The position numbers were made by a program, and so were the translations under genes. A DNA stretch of 57,052 nt, filler included, from Bipalium vagum (Eukaryota), in assembly GCA_037834085.1 (NCBI GenBank). It is 3 parts of 3 records of this genome, joined end to end, with 100 filler letters (N's around TTAATTAATTAA, not from the genome) between each part and the next. Parts side by side here need not be neighbours in the genome. Positions count along the whole stretch, not along the records: positions 19,016 to 36,866 come from JBBMKC010048790.1; positions 36,967 to 57,052 come from JBBMKC010260901.1; 1 more part is not named here. The stretch is one strand, 5' to 3'. Numbering within the stretch: the first letter of the stretch is position 1; every line of letters starts with the position of its first letter. Below are positions 36,111 to 49,400 of the stretch, one piece after another. The notes under the pieces were generated by a model. The model was not told the origin of the DNA. It ran no database searches and saw only the letters and a program-made list of their open reading frames with translations.

Positions 36111-36866
36111 CTGTATTGAATATTATATTACAGATAATTATAACTAAAAATTTATTAAAAATTAATTATTGACTTTTTTTAAAAAAATGATAAATTTTCC
36201 TTCGTAAAATTTTAATTTCTAATCTTACTTCATTTATTTTAAAGTAATTATAAATAATTATATCATTCAGATTTTCATGTTGTTTTTTTATTTTATCTTT
36301 ATATGGGTCAAATGTACAATTTTCTTTTAACCTTAATAAATCTTTAGAATAAGATTTTAAATCTTTTTCTTCTAAATTATGTTTTAAAACTCTTATTTAT
36401 TTTTATTTTTTATTTATTTTTTTATTTATATATTTTATATATGACACATAGTTTACCTCGTTTATAAACACGTTTTTGACGAACGAATGAGTGTGCTTTC
36501 CGAATCAAAACTCCTACTATCTCTATCAAATTCAAAACTGTTAACAAAACCAAATATATCTAAACAAGTAAAATTAGAAATATGTTGTCTAGAAATAAAA
36601 TAACCAAACAAACCATACGAATCAAATTATATCTAATATAAATAATTATAACTAATTATATCCGAAAAAAGATTGCCAACCATAGAATAAATGAAAGTGC
36701 CAATAGCACTACAAAAACAGTTGAGATAGTATATCACTTGAATTGTCGATTTCTAAGAAATCGATTACCATCAATGCGAAGCTTGACACAGAAGAAGCGC
36801 GTTTTAAATTTTTTAAAAAACATTGGCTTTATCAAGTCAATATTCAATATGGAAACTTTAAAGGAC

Positions 36867-36966
36867 NNNNNNNNNNNNNNNNNNNNNNNNNNNNNNNNNN
36901 NNNNNNNNNNTTAATTAATTAANNNNNNNNNNNNNNNNNNNNNNNNNNNNNNNNNNNNNNNNNNNN
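36867..36966. other. Assembly gap with TTAATTAATTAA linker
   Basis: 100-nt N block with a central linker. Confidence 0.97.
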
Positions 36967-37900
36967 GGTGAGCCCAGTTCTAACCTATATTAATAGATTT
37001 AGCATTTTTATATTTTCGAGATTAGATCTCGCAGTAAGCGTCGAAGCAAACACTTACAATATGCATCTGATACTAATGGAATGAATGATTTAAAAATAAT
37101 ATATGATTTCTTACTTTTGTTTATAACTAATGTTAAATATTTTGAGATAAAATATTTACTAACTTTTGTAATGAATCCACAAATTTTATAAATTAAAATT
37201 GGATTAATTTTCATAGCTAAAAAATTAGTCTTGATTCATAAAAGTCTCTTCAGACAAAGTCGAATTCACAAAATAGTTCTTGAGACTCATCGACACATTT
37301 AGGCTTTAAATTCTAAATCACATTATTCTCATACTATAAAAGCAACACGGTGAAGTCACAAAACGCAGAATATTATTCAAAGCAGAAGAACTTTCAGAAC
37401 TACTTGAAAATATTATTATAATTACACATACTCTGTTTGATTTAATCAAAACAGAAGTATCATTAATAATTTTAATTTGATATAAAATAATTTTAAAAAT
37501 TTTAAGCAATCTTAACCGATTGACTTAAATTCCAAAAATACTAATCTTTAAAATAAAAACTCGACTCTTATAGACTCCTTATATACTATTCTGGTCAGAC
37601 GATCAATCAATCGTAGACCAGCTTTATCATTGGGGAATGTCAATTCCCTTTTTAGACCGATAATTCTAAATCAGTCCCTCCTTGCGGACCCTGATCTAAT
37701 CTTGACAATTTGGGTTTGCCATTGTCAAGATTAGATCCTTTTCAGAAATAATTAATGGCCCATTTTTGTACTTTTTAATTAATTAATAATAATTATTTTA
37801 TTAATTTATTTCTGACCCTCTTGCGGTCTTAATAATTATCAATTTAAACCCTATTGTGGTTTCTACCCTATACTTTACAAGGGTTGTCAAGGATGTGTCC
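36967..37900 (-). mobile_element. Probable LTR containing a perfect 17-bp hairpin
   Basis: Minus-strand GTATATAAGGAG near 37575-37586; AAC-TGGGCTCACC (PBS-like) at the gap edge; hairpin 37693-37737. Confidence 0.35.
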
Positions 37901-38189
37901 TTGGCTAACCCAACATTATTGTGACGGTAAATCTCAGTTTTTCTGCTTGAACGTTCATCCGTAAACCCTTCTGATATTAAATATTTTGTTATGTAACCTA
38001 AAAGCCCAGTTTTCGATCTTCTTAATCCATCTAAAATCAGTGACTTTTTAGGAACTTAACAAATTCTTCAAGTGAAAAAAAATCAATAACACGTTAACAA
38101 GTTTATTAAAATTTTCCATTCTTACAGTGTAAAAAAATGAACATGAATTTAAACAGATATTCAACTTATAGATTTATCAAAATTTTATC

Positions 38190-38265
38190 AAAATTTAAAT
38201 TGAAGTTGTTAAAATTTAAATTGAAGTTGTTAAAATTTAAATTGAAGTTGTTAAAATTTAAATTG
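38190..38265 (+). repeat. 21-bp tandem repeat, about 3.6 copies
   Basis: aaaatttaaattgaagttgtt three times exactly, plus a partial copy. Confidence 0.95.
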
Positions 38266-38579
38266 GTCTTGATATCTATTAAATTGAACTTGAAACCCTG
38301 TAAAACTTAATGGATGGCTATTTTATTAAACATAAGTTTTTCAGATAGTAGTGTCATTAATGTGAAAAGCATCATATTTGTATTTAATTAAACAAAATAT
38401 TATTATTTATAATAAAAAAGCCAACTTCAAAAAATTAAAAATTTTATTAATTATCATTTAATATAAAAATATCAAATTGAAATGCATAATTATTTATATT
38501 ACATACAGATATATTAAATTTTTCACAAAAACTATTAAGACAGATCTTCTATTGGTTTTGAAAGTATAAAATGAATATT

Positions 38580-41500
38580 GTATTTGTTATTTTGATAAGG
38601 TTCTTGGATCCTGAAACTAAAGAATACTTTTTCGGAATTATCTGATTTCCTAAATAAAAGAACATTTACGTAATTCTTAATGTAAAGACAAACTTTTGTC
38701 TCAAAACGCAGCAAATTGCCAAAAGTATCGCAGTTGCCAATCCAAGAATCATAAAACTAGGGATTATGATTGGTATTGCTTTATTTTCACCTTCCTTAAA
38801 CATATAAACCATCCATAACTTGTCATTGATTGTTACCTTATCTTTAATAGAGTATTGAGTAGTTTCGTTAATCTTGAAGATCTGTTTTGAAGACTTATGC
38901 GAAAAACCTAGGTATAAAATCAGTTATTATATTAATTTTTTTAACTTGATTTTTGTAAGAGTGTATAGTTAAGATTAAAAATAATTCACTCGTCAAAAAT
39001 ATTTTCTAAATGTCCAGAATTCATCCAACATTTAATTAAGTTAACAAATTTAGTTAAATAAGAAACAACAATCATATATTAAAGTACTAATGATAAAGAT
39101 ATCAAATTTATATAGAACAGATATTAAGTATTTGAACTTTATTATTAAATTCAAGATAAAGCAATAATGGTTTGAAACATCATTCAAAGACTACCATTAT
39201 AATCTAGTATTTCACACTGTGGGACCTCCTAGATTGAATTTTCAAAAGATGAGAATTGATTTCGTTTAGTTATTAAGTGTCAATTAATAATGACATTTAT
39301 AAGCATAAATTTTAAATGTCAAACGTGACTAGTAGTTATATTAAATAATAATACATTATATAATATTTATACTATAAATCCTAGATTAATTCCCCACCAA
39401 GCCTTTTTTGCGATATTAACTTGGCAATAAAAAATAATCCCCCATAGCATAATATTGGTTAAATTAATCCAATTTGAAAAAATTATAAAAGTCAATTATT
39501 GTTTCAATTTCAAGTTTGAAGCATTCATTATAAATTCAAATTTATTAATAATAAAGTTTAATATTTTTATAATTTAATTTGGATTTATAATAATTTTTAG
39601 GATGCGGAACCACGGTCATACGAACGAATTCAAGATAAACGTCATAAGCCATTATCAAAAGGCCGAAAACAAGTCAGAAACAGCCAAGAAATTCAAAATT
39701 GATCGAATTCTTACAAAGAATAGGAATTCTTTATTGTGCTATTCCTGGAGGACTAACTGGATTATTGCAACCTTCAGATACATTTTGGTTCAAACCTCTT
39801 AAATTTAGTCTGCGTTCACTGGTTAGACAATGGTTTCAGAGTGATACTTGTAAAAGAACAAAAACTGGGAAAGTAAAAGTTCCACCTTGTGATGTTCTTG
39901 GAACTTGGTTGTCCACTTCATGGAATGCCCTAAGTAAAGATTTAATCAAAAAGAGTTTTATGTTAAGCTTTCTAGGAGAAAGTGAAAATTTTTTTAATTG
40001 CCAAAGATACACAGTTTGGACAAAAACTTTTGGAAGATCTGAGCTTGAAGATCAAATGGATATAATCTCTATTAGTTCGTCATCTGGAGTATTTGATATA
40101 AACAATTGATAATATCTGAATAAATTTTGGTTTTATATTTATTATTTGGGTTTTATTACTGTATTTTTATTAAGCACTCCAATAATCACCCATCAGATAT
40201 TTTTTGGACCACGGGAGACTTATCCCCATGGGGAATTAATCAAAGATTTAGAGTAATTCAAGTATAATAAACAAGTGAGGTGATATTTAACTGGGAGTAA
40301 AAGATCGAAAGATAGGAAATCTAGGAAAATATGTTCTGATATTGAGGAACTTTTAAATCAAACATTTTATAACTTGTTTACTTTTCCAATAGTATAATTT
40401 TAGTTAAAAACAAAATTGATTTAAACATCCATTACAATGAAACATCTTTCATCTAATTTCTTGATGTTTGAAGTGATTAATTAATAAGATTTTATCATTT
40501 ATTCTGCCAACATGATTTCCTACGTTTTTGAAAAATTATAAATATAGTATTTACTAAATTAAAATAAAATTGACCAAGGATGATCACTTAATCAAAACTA
40601 AAAATCAGATTGAAGCCTGTTATAATAATAATATTATTAAACTATTATCGTATTTTTAAAGTTCTGAAGACCTTAATATTGTGAAATATATTTAATTTTC
40701 ATGATAAGTACAGTACCTGTGAATTAAATTTAAAAATATTTTAAAATTATTGTTAATTAAAATAAATACACAAAATATACCTAATTTTCGATTACTATTA
40801 ACAATTTTCTGGGTACCTAAAAGAATTTTAAAAGGTAAATTTTTACAAGTATCAATATTACTTAAATCTAAAAGATATCGATAGTTCTTTTTCCAGAATA
40901 AACAATCCTTTTTCTGAAAGGTTCCACTTTTAGACTTACAAATGGTGAATTGTCTTAAGAACATAATTAATCATTTATTTCTTTGTATTGATGAGATTTT
41001 TAATCCCAGTCTTAAGCGTCGATTATTCGACCCTGAAAGAATTTCCCAAAATCTTTTAAATAGAGATCATATGAATATGACCATGAAGTAATAAAATATG
41101 ATAGGAATTTTGTGTTGGTATATTTGAGTTATTTACAAGCAGCACTTTCTCTTTAATCCGTTTAATGAAGTTTATTTAGAGATTATCTGCTCAATGATAG
41201 TTAATTTATATGAATATAAAAATATTTAAAGATAATTTAAGATTGGACTTTGATTAGGAAAAGAAAATAGAAAAAATTTTCTATAGAATCTAGAAAGCAG
41301 CGGTTCTCAATCTGATTTCTATGACGACCGATTTTCCCATTTTAAGATCCCAAAGAAAATCAATATTACTAAAAATAAGTCTAAACCCACCATATTTAAT
41401 AAAATAAATCAGAACATGCTGATATTGTTTCCCTTTCACTAGCTTATCAATTCGTGAAAGCGTTGTGGATTATGCACATCGCAAATCATCTTCCACACTA

Positions 41501-42351
41501 AGTCTGTTAATGGACTTTGATTTTATCATCAATAGTGAAGAGAAGTCTGTTTCACACATTTATGTGAATGGAAAAGGCATGATGACACGAAGAATTTTCT
41601 GATAAAGCAGGATACTTAGACAATTGCTTTATCAAAATTGGTACAGCAAATGTTCTATCAGTAGGCTTTGAAATTCATCATCAAATGTGATTTCAGTCGC
41701 GTCTTCTTTCATGTACTTATTAAGTATAGGAAACATAAATTTTTTGATTTGATCTTCTGAAGCAAAATATCTAGCTTCATTCCGAACGCATTAAGTTTTT
41801 CAACAGTCTACTATAATTGCATTTGCACAAAGATGTCTACCAAATAAAATATTCTTGAAAAAGTTGTTATAACATGATTAAGTTATTTTATAAGGATGAA
41901 AAATGAGGAAAGTCGTCTGCTAGATTAAAAACTAAGAGATTCGGCACATCATTTGAATCAAATTAATAATAATTAAGAGTAATATTCATACCACCATTGT
42001 ACTGTGATTTGATTTTCTCAATAATATATTTGAATATAATGTAAAATTTCAAACATTACACAATATACTTGAAATGAAATGTTTGATAAATAATTTAGAG
42101 GTGAAGGGGTGTCATTTAACAATCATTTCAGTGCAGAAAAATTACTAAATACTAAATTATCAATTATAATATTACATTCTTCTAAATATTTTTATAGTAG
42201 AATATAATTACCTGATAAGATCATGACAAAATGAAGAGCACGAGTTGAGATCAAAGTTAAATTCTGGTTCCAATTTTCTTAAGGTTTTGCATAATTTATT
42301 TTGCAAAAGTTTAGGAAGTTGAAATAATTTAAGATCTTTTGAAAGTCCCAC
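38580..42351 (-). CDS. 3' exons of a single-pass membrane protein of unknown family (approximate exons 42351-42212, 40815-40780, 38907-38837, 38794-38694, 38649-)
   Basis: Phase-compatible GT-AG exons give GTQKIVNSNRKL / GFSHKSSKQIFKINETTQYSIKDK / EGENKAIPIIIPSFMILGLATAILLAICCVLRQK / KSDNSEK, i.e. a TM helix followed by basic residues. Linkage of the 42351 exon is not resolved. Confidence 0.5.
39372..40253 (+). mobile_element. Deleted pogo/Tigger-like DNA transposon with TIRs and TA target duplication
   Basis: ta|ctataaatcctagattaattcccca ... tggggaattaatcaaagatttagag|ta; HTH fragment (FKINVISHY..NKSETAKKFKIDR) fused to DDE_1 C-terminus IPGGLTGLLQPSD..W..LIKKSF. Confidence 0.88.
41298..41870 (-). 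mobile_element. hAT (Charlie/Buster-like) transposon 3' relic
   Basis: TIR-like CAGCGGTTCTCAA at 41298; dimerisation-domain fragments MPFP..CETDFSSL..VEDDLRCA and YLVDIF. Confidence 0.75.
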
Positions 42352-44464
42352 CTGAAATCAATTTTTAATTTATTATAAACCATTATATCATTATAATATA
42401 TCACTGAACTCTTAAGATAAACTTATTTGATTATGAGTTTTTTATTATTTATTAAACAATTTTCCAATAAAATTTGGTAAACGAAGGATTATTATTATTT
42501 TAATTATATTTCACTTTTTTTATTCTCATGAAATAGTAAAATATAACGATAAAGATACGTTGTAAAGTCATAAAAATAAATAATAAATTATTATTATTAA
42601 TATATGTAATTAAAAACTTTAATTGCTCAAAATAAATCCTGATAAAATAACATTTCGGAAAAAATATTGTTGCTTATGGCGATTGTTTCATTAATTTTCT
42701 TCCATTGAGCATCAATAAAAATTAATTTTTTAAAATTTATGAAAAAAAAGTTTTTTATAATACTAAGATATGCTAAAAAAAGAATATTCGGTAATTAAAA
42801 ATTATTAAGTACTTTGATTTTTTGTAAATTTCTTTTTCGTATAATGAGTTGTTTATTTGACATTTAATAATTATCAATTGGAAACAGAAACATTTATAAA
42901 AGTAATTACATGATCTGAGATTAAAAATAAAATTATTAATTAATAAAAATTATAATTTTTTACCTCACATATCATCAGATATGAAATGAGCAAATCGGTC
43001 ATCGCAAAATAACCATATCTGTCATATTTTCGGCTTTTAAATCAAATTATCTGTTGCATAATAAAATAACAATAATGATAATTACATCATGATATCCGGA
43101 ATTAACTTTTCAGAGATTATACGTCAAAAGTGATTTTATTATATGATTATGAATACAGTTATACTGCAAGTAAAATTGTGATCTTGATGTGAAATTAATT
43201 GGGTTTTTTATAAATTAGGCATTTTTTAATTAAATATTTTAGCGAAATTTAGAATAAATTAATGATAAACAATTCTTTTTCAAACCTTCGAGTTTGAGAT
43301 TCATTAAACTTCGGTCATAATGCCTTGAGAAGCAATTGGAAATTTCAGTTTTAATCAATTTTTTCATTATAAGCGTTTCATTAAAAGATGTGTTCTTTTG
43401 AAAAAAACTTCCATAATATTAATCGAAAATTCGAAAAAGAAAAGTACAAAGTTGAATTATTGTGGCTTGTTTAATATAAGTGTTTGGAATGGTACAGGTT
43501 GGACTGGAATAAAAATTGATGCAAATTATATTTTAATAAAAAAAGAAAAAGGAATGGTAGTTGTTCCATAATACTTATTCCTTCTTGGACTAACCTCGGC
43601 TCAATTTAAGTACAAATTATGTTTTCCGCCATTTACCTATAATTAATTATATGCATAATACTATTATGAATATTGAGCAAAATAATTATAATCTATTTAA
43701 TAGTAGAACTGAAGTATTTTTCAACTTTATAGCCACTTTCTTATATATATCACTTTAGAATATACATATGTATGTTATGTTTATTAAGTTTTCGATTCAT
43801 TTATTTTTGCCTTATTTTAATCTGAAGTTAATATTTATTAAATGTGTCAAACACAAAGTTCGTTTAATTCCGTTTTATAAATGTAACGTTTGGTGTAATC
43901 ATGTGGAAATAATTAGAAATATAATTCAGGCGTTAAATGTTAAGAACTGTTCTAAACCCATGACAGATCATTTGAAAAAATTATTGGAAACACCAGAATC
44001 AAAAATGCAGATTGTTGCATATTTCTTAAATTTTAAACAAGTTCACATTTAATTCAAATTCAAGTGATGAATTTATTGACATAATAGATTTTCACCACTT
44101 GAACAAAAATTGGAAGGGTTAAGAAATTTTAAATTTGGTTCTTTTGTATTATCTTTATGAAGTCTGGTTCTAATTTTTTTGATCTACAGAAAAATTCAGT
44201 TTAATGAATTTTACTTAAATCATTGAAAAAATTTATTTTAACAAACAATGATAGGCGAAGTAATTAAACTGGAGAGATTTTAACACTATTGAACAATTTT
44301 CAAAATCAATATTTCGCTCATGAATGTTTATGATTATGGTTTGTTTACATTAATTACATTCCATCTTAAGTTTCTTAATAACAGTTTATCTGAAATACAT
44401 CAAAAAATTAAGCAAAAATTTGTTAAATCCGAATGCAAAAATAAGGAATTTTAGCAGCATCCAC

Positions 44465-44690
44465 CAGATGTAACATTTGCTGCAGGAGAAAGAGATTATA
44501 AAATTCATTCTAACTTTAATTGATTTTTTAAACAGAATTTTTCAAATTTTTGGAATATAAAACTGCATTTGAATAAAATACTTGAAGAAAAAAAAATCTA
44601 TTAAAAAAAAGGGTTAATAATAAAACAATTCAATAATAGAAAATTTAAAGAATTTTAGTGTTAACAAAATAGAATTATATGTAATTCAGG
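44465..44690 (+). pseudogene. Short Polinton integrase fragment (fourth copy)
   Basis: DVTFAAGERDYKI..LTLIDF matches DLTFVPGERDYKIILTVI of the other copies. Confidence 0.65.
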
Positions 44691-44959
44691 GCTAAATGGC
44701 GCATAAATTCAAATAAATTATCATAATAATTATAACAAGAAACAAAAGTTATGCTTTAAAAAGACTGTTTATTAAGTTGGGACATAAGTTCTGCAGCACG
44801 TACAAAATATTAGAATATTAGTAGTATTAAATCTAATCAATAATAATATTGAAAATCATTAAAGCCATGATTGACAAGGTACCAATACCCACCTCAAATG
44901 TTTATTATTTGTTTATTAAATTACTATTTAAATTATTGTTTATTAAATTACCATGGAAA

Positions 44960-45110
44960 CGGACAGCCAATAAAAATTGGGACCATTGAACTAAATGATT
45001 ACCGATAAAGGGAGTTTCTCCTGCAATATTGAAAGGTAGGCATGGGCATTAATTGTTGTGCTTGGTGGCATGAACCACAGATTGTCACAACCTTCTGCAG
45101 ATATTAAAAT
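44960..45110 (-). pseudogene. Tc1 transposase fragment
   Basis: ISAEGCDNLWFMPPSTTINAHAYLSILQEKLP. Confidence 0.55.
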
Positions 45111-45559
45111 AAAATAACTTTTTGGTGTGATTGAGTAAGGAAGTATATTTATAAATTTTTAAAAATATTAATCTTTAATATTTGTTATTAATAATAAATA
45201 AAACTATTTCTAAATCCAATTAAAATGGTAAAATAATTACCTAGTCTAATTGATTTTGAAAATCTTAAGGTATAATTATACTATCTAAACATTGTTATAT
45301 TTCATACTCAAGAATAATTATTATAGCAATTCACTTGTTAATTGTTAATAACACTTTTATTGATAATTTAATTAAATTTGGTTTGATAGGTTAAAATACG
45401 TAAAAATATTACTTTTATATATTTAATTTTGATTCCTTTTTACTGTATATGTATAACGTAAAAATTAAAGTTGAAAATTAAAAAAAATCATTTACAAAAT
45501 GATATTTTATTATAATAATAATCGAAAAAGAAGTATAAATATGATTTTTTATAATATTA

Positions 45560-45560
<1 letters not shown>

Positions 45561-45639
<79 letters not shown>
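45561..45639 (+). repeat. (AAT)n microsatellite
   Basis: Perfect trinucleotide run; it produces the spurious poly-I and poly-Y ORFs. Confidence 0.98.
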
Positions 45640-46403
45640 GTTGGTTACTGCAACGTTATCAACAGTTTCCGTATTCATAAAGTCAAGATTTGGTAAAATG
45701 TTTATTCGATGAAAAAAATTGTATCGTTTGAATAATTGTCCTCTTTTTATTATTTACTTAAACAAATTAATTATATAAAACTTTTATTAACATTAATTTA
45801 ATTATTTAATTTTTAAAAGAAAACTTTAAATTTATTAAAATTATTTAAAAATTTATTTTACATTAAGGATTAAATTTTAATATATTACTTAAAAATTTAT
45901 TTTAAGAATATTTATTATTCTTAAATATTAATTAAAATTAAATCCTTACAATAATAATAATAATAATCATCATCATATTGTATTGTAAAAATCTAAACCA
46001 TTACCAAAGATTATTCTGATTATCATTAACAATTTAAAGAAACTTTTCATTATTTGAGTACATTTATAATTAATGAAATCTTTTTTAAAATTGTGTAAAA
46101 TTCTAAAATGTAATAATTTTTAGTAAACATAATCATCAGTATGTTTCAGAAAGATGAAATGGTAATAAATTTACTCTTTTCTACAAATAGATAATCTTAT
46201 ATATTATAAAAGTATTAATATATATAGAATTTGCTATCTGACAAAATGTAACAAAGTAGAGTGTTGTTAATATTTAATGAATAAAGTAAATTTAATGTAA
46301 AAAATTGAAATAATAAATTATAATATGAAAAACCATTATATTTTATTTATTCAAAAATACATCTGTTCCATAAGAAATTAGTTTAAAAATATGATAATTT
46401 TTG

Positions 46404-49400
46404 TTAGGTCGACATCAAATTTGATTTTTTTAAATTCGGATAATGCCTAATCAAGAATTTTGAAGTTGCTGACATAGGAGGTAATCGTTCAACTTCAATT
46501 CGTTTGATAGAGTCCTCTTGCTTTGGTTTGGATAAGTATCCTAATTTCTGGATAATATCATGACGATTTATACTCTGAAGGGCTTCAACTAATGACTTTA
46601 AATTTGCCCTAATATGAGTTCTCCTCCAGGATTGTAAGCTCTGTAAGGCTAATTGTTCTCTTAATCCTCGAACCTTAATAAATTTATTATTTTAAAATTT
46701 AACAATAATAATACTGGATTAAATAAATTAAAATATATTATGAAACATTTGAATAATGTGAACATTACTAACAAATCTTTTCAAATAAAACTAATGATAA
46801 TAAGAAAGATACTTAATTATAATTTTACAGGAATTATTTCCCCACTTTTTTCACATTTTCAATTTGTGCTCAAACGGCTTATTAAAAGGATAATCTATTA
46901 GGATTAATTTTCGACTAATAGGGGCTTTTTCCGGATTTTTGTGGATTCAGATAATGCTTCTGTCGTAATTAATTAAGTTTTTTCAAGTTAGTATTATCTA
47001 CCATAGTTTCTCTGGCAAATACAAGAAGCTACCAGGTCTGTGAATTCTAATTGAATCTCTGGCGATCATATAAGTAGATGGAAAGAATTGGACTGAGAGA
47101 AAAATTAACGGCAAATTTTTCATTTGAAAAGTTATTATCATAACCATTTTCTTTTTATATTACTTTATTGCTAATAAGTTATTAATAATTGACCAGTAGA
47201 GTATTGTTCGCGTGAGTGACCGATCGGACAAAGAGTTGATGATGTTATATTAACTGAGCGTAAATTTGTATTGGGTAGGATTTGGAAGAGGTGTTGACTA
47301 ACTCTCATCTGATTGTGCCGTATATGTTTATCGGTTTTGGCGTTTTGGGATTCGTTTTTTGTGGCAGTTAATAAATATTATTGTTAAATATTGTTTGATT
47401 TCCTGTGATGTTGTTGTACACCCTAATCATGCAAAAAGATATAATTATTATCCATTCTTTTATATTAATACTTTATTTTTATTACTTTTTTAATGTTAAA
47501 AAAAGACAGATATACAGTAAAACCTGTTAATTTGGGCACTTATATATTTTGGACAAAATACTCGATCCCAGTGGTGCCATACATTGACAGTTTCACTGTA
47601 ATTAAATAATTAATAAAAAATTTGTTTAAATCAATATTAAAATTATTTATTAATCTTAGCTTTAGCAGATGAATAACTGTCATTGTTTTCCATAATAAAA
47701 ATATAAGACTAAAATTTAATATAATAATTATGAGATGAATGGTTAAGTTAAATATACCCGTAATACCCATATCTGAATTAACATAACTTATTAAAAAAGC
47801 TACTAATTATAATTAATTATAAGTAAGGTACATAAAATAACAAACCTGAATCTTTATAAATTTCTCAATATCCTTTTCTATTTCTGTTGTACCTCTAGGT
47901 GGATGAAAAGGTAAATTGGTATAAAGTTTGATCCAATCTTTGTCAATCATTTGACTGGTTATGTGTATGGCATATGATAATTCATCTAAACATGATTCGT
48001 TTTTAATTATTATTACTCTAACTTATTCATATGTTATCAATTCTTCCACATCTTTCAGTTTTTCAATATTTCTTTTGACAAGAATAAATCATTCTTAACA
48101 ATTTTATCTAAACAAGATAAGACTACGGCTAGATCAAAACCCTCAATAAAACTTAAGCTGCTTACATTAATCAAATTTTATAATCACGTTTTATTTTATT
48201 TCAACTTTGTTCTTGATTATGAAACGTTAGATATCGTTAAATATCAATATTTTGGAAATCATTACTTCTCAAACTTTATAAAACATTCAGTTTTACAGAA
48301 ATCCAATCCGAGGAGTTTCATAATTGGTTTTTTATAATTCGGAATACATAAAATATTCTCTAAGATCGTTTTTCGTTATATCTACGAGATCTTTATAAGA
48401 ATTACTAAGTATAAATGAAGATAAGAAAGTAATTAGTTAAACAACTTAATCGCTTTTATGGCAACAAATCTAAATTTAATCTTTTATCTATGAAAGAAAA
48501 TATAACATCCGTATTTATGTACGATAATGTTTGATAGGAGGTTTTGTTAATTCTGAAAGTAAGATTGAATGACATTATTCTTGAAAAATAGTTAATTTAG
48601 TCACAAGAACTGAGAAATTTCTAATCTTCATATTGATGAGTACTATCTTTCATGGTCCTTTATCTGTTCTGACTTTGCGTACCTCATAAAACGTCATTCA
48701 TGTTCAATAAAATCAATAAATATGGTTTTTGAGTTTTTTAAAAGAAATTATTTCATCTTCCCCTTCGATGATAACATCTTCATAATAAAAAAATCATTAA
48801 AAGACTTCAAATAATATTAATATTAAAAAATAATTGGTTGAAAAATTGGAATAAATAATTTTAAACTTAAAATAATAAAATAAAAATCAATTTAGCAAAA
48901 TTTAATATTCAGTTTTATTATTCCATTGATTTTTTTATAGTTAAATGGATCGATTCAGAAAACCTTCATACGTTTTCGACTGTATCTTCTTTTGGATAAT
49001 CGTGTTGATAATAAATAAGTTTCTTTTCGTAATATGAAGCATTCGAATTTTAAAAACCGAGTTAAGTTTTCATTTTTTAAAAAATTGTTTTTGAGAATTT
49101 AGTGCTTTTTTATATTGTAACCAAAAACTTCAAGGCAAAATCTGACATTTCATGGGCACTCCGCGAACCTAATATTCCTCCACAAGGTTTATTTTTAATT
49201 AGCATTAACGTAGCTCTTGATAGCCTTTCCCCAAAAACAACAAAATCAATTTTATCAGAAAACAATATTATTTATTACTTACCTTGTGCATACAAGCTTT
49301 TCTTTTTTTCTGTAAAAGGCAATTGAGGTGTTTTTGTCTTTAAATCTAAGTTATAGAATATCTTTTTAAGGGTTGAATTAGACGATTTAACCGCATAAAT

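Larger units (their letters stand above)
29880..36400. mobile_element. Polinton/Maverick (adintovirus-like) element, fragment 3, mostly minus strand
   Basis: Integrase, adenain, fibre-like, membrane and major capsid genes; 36250-36395 is the reverse complement homolog of about 15020-15160. Confidence 0.85.

Noticed and set aside
38190-38265. Regular direct repeats as a CRISPR-like array
   Set aside because: Contiguous 21-bp units without spacers, in a eukaryotic context; a simple minisatellite.
45478-45696. Poly-Tyr and poly-Ile ORFs
   Set aside because: Translations of an (AAT)n microsatellite.
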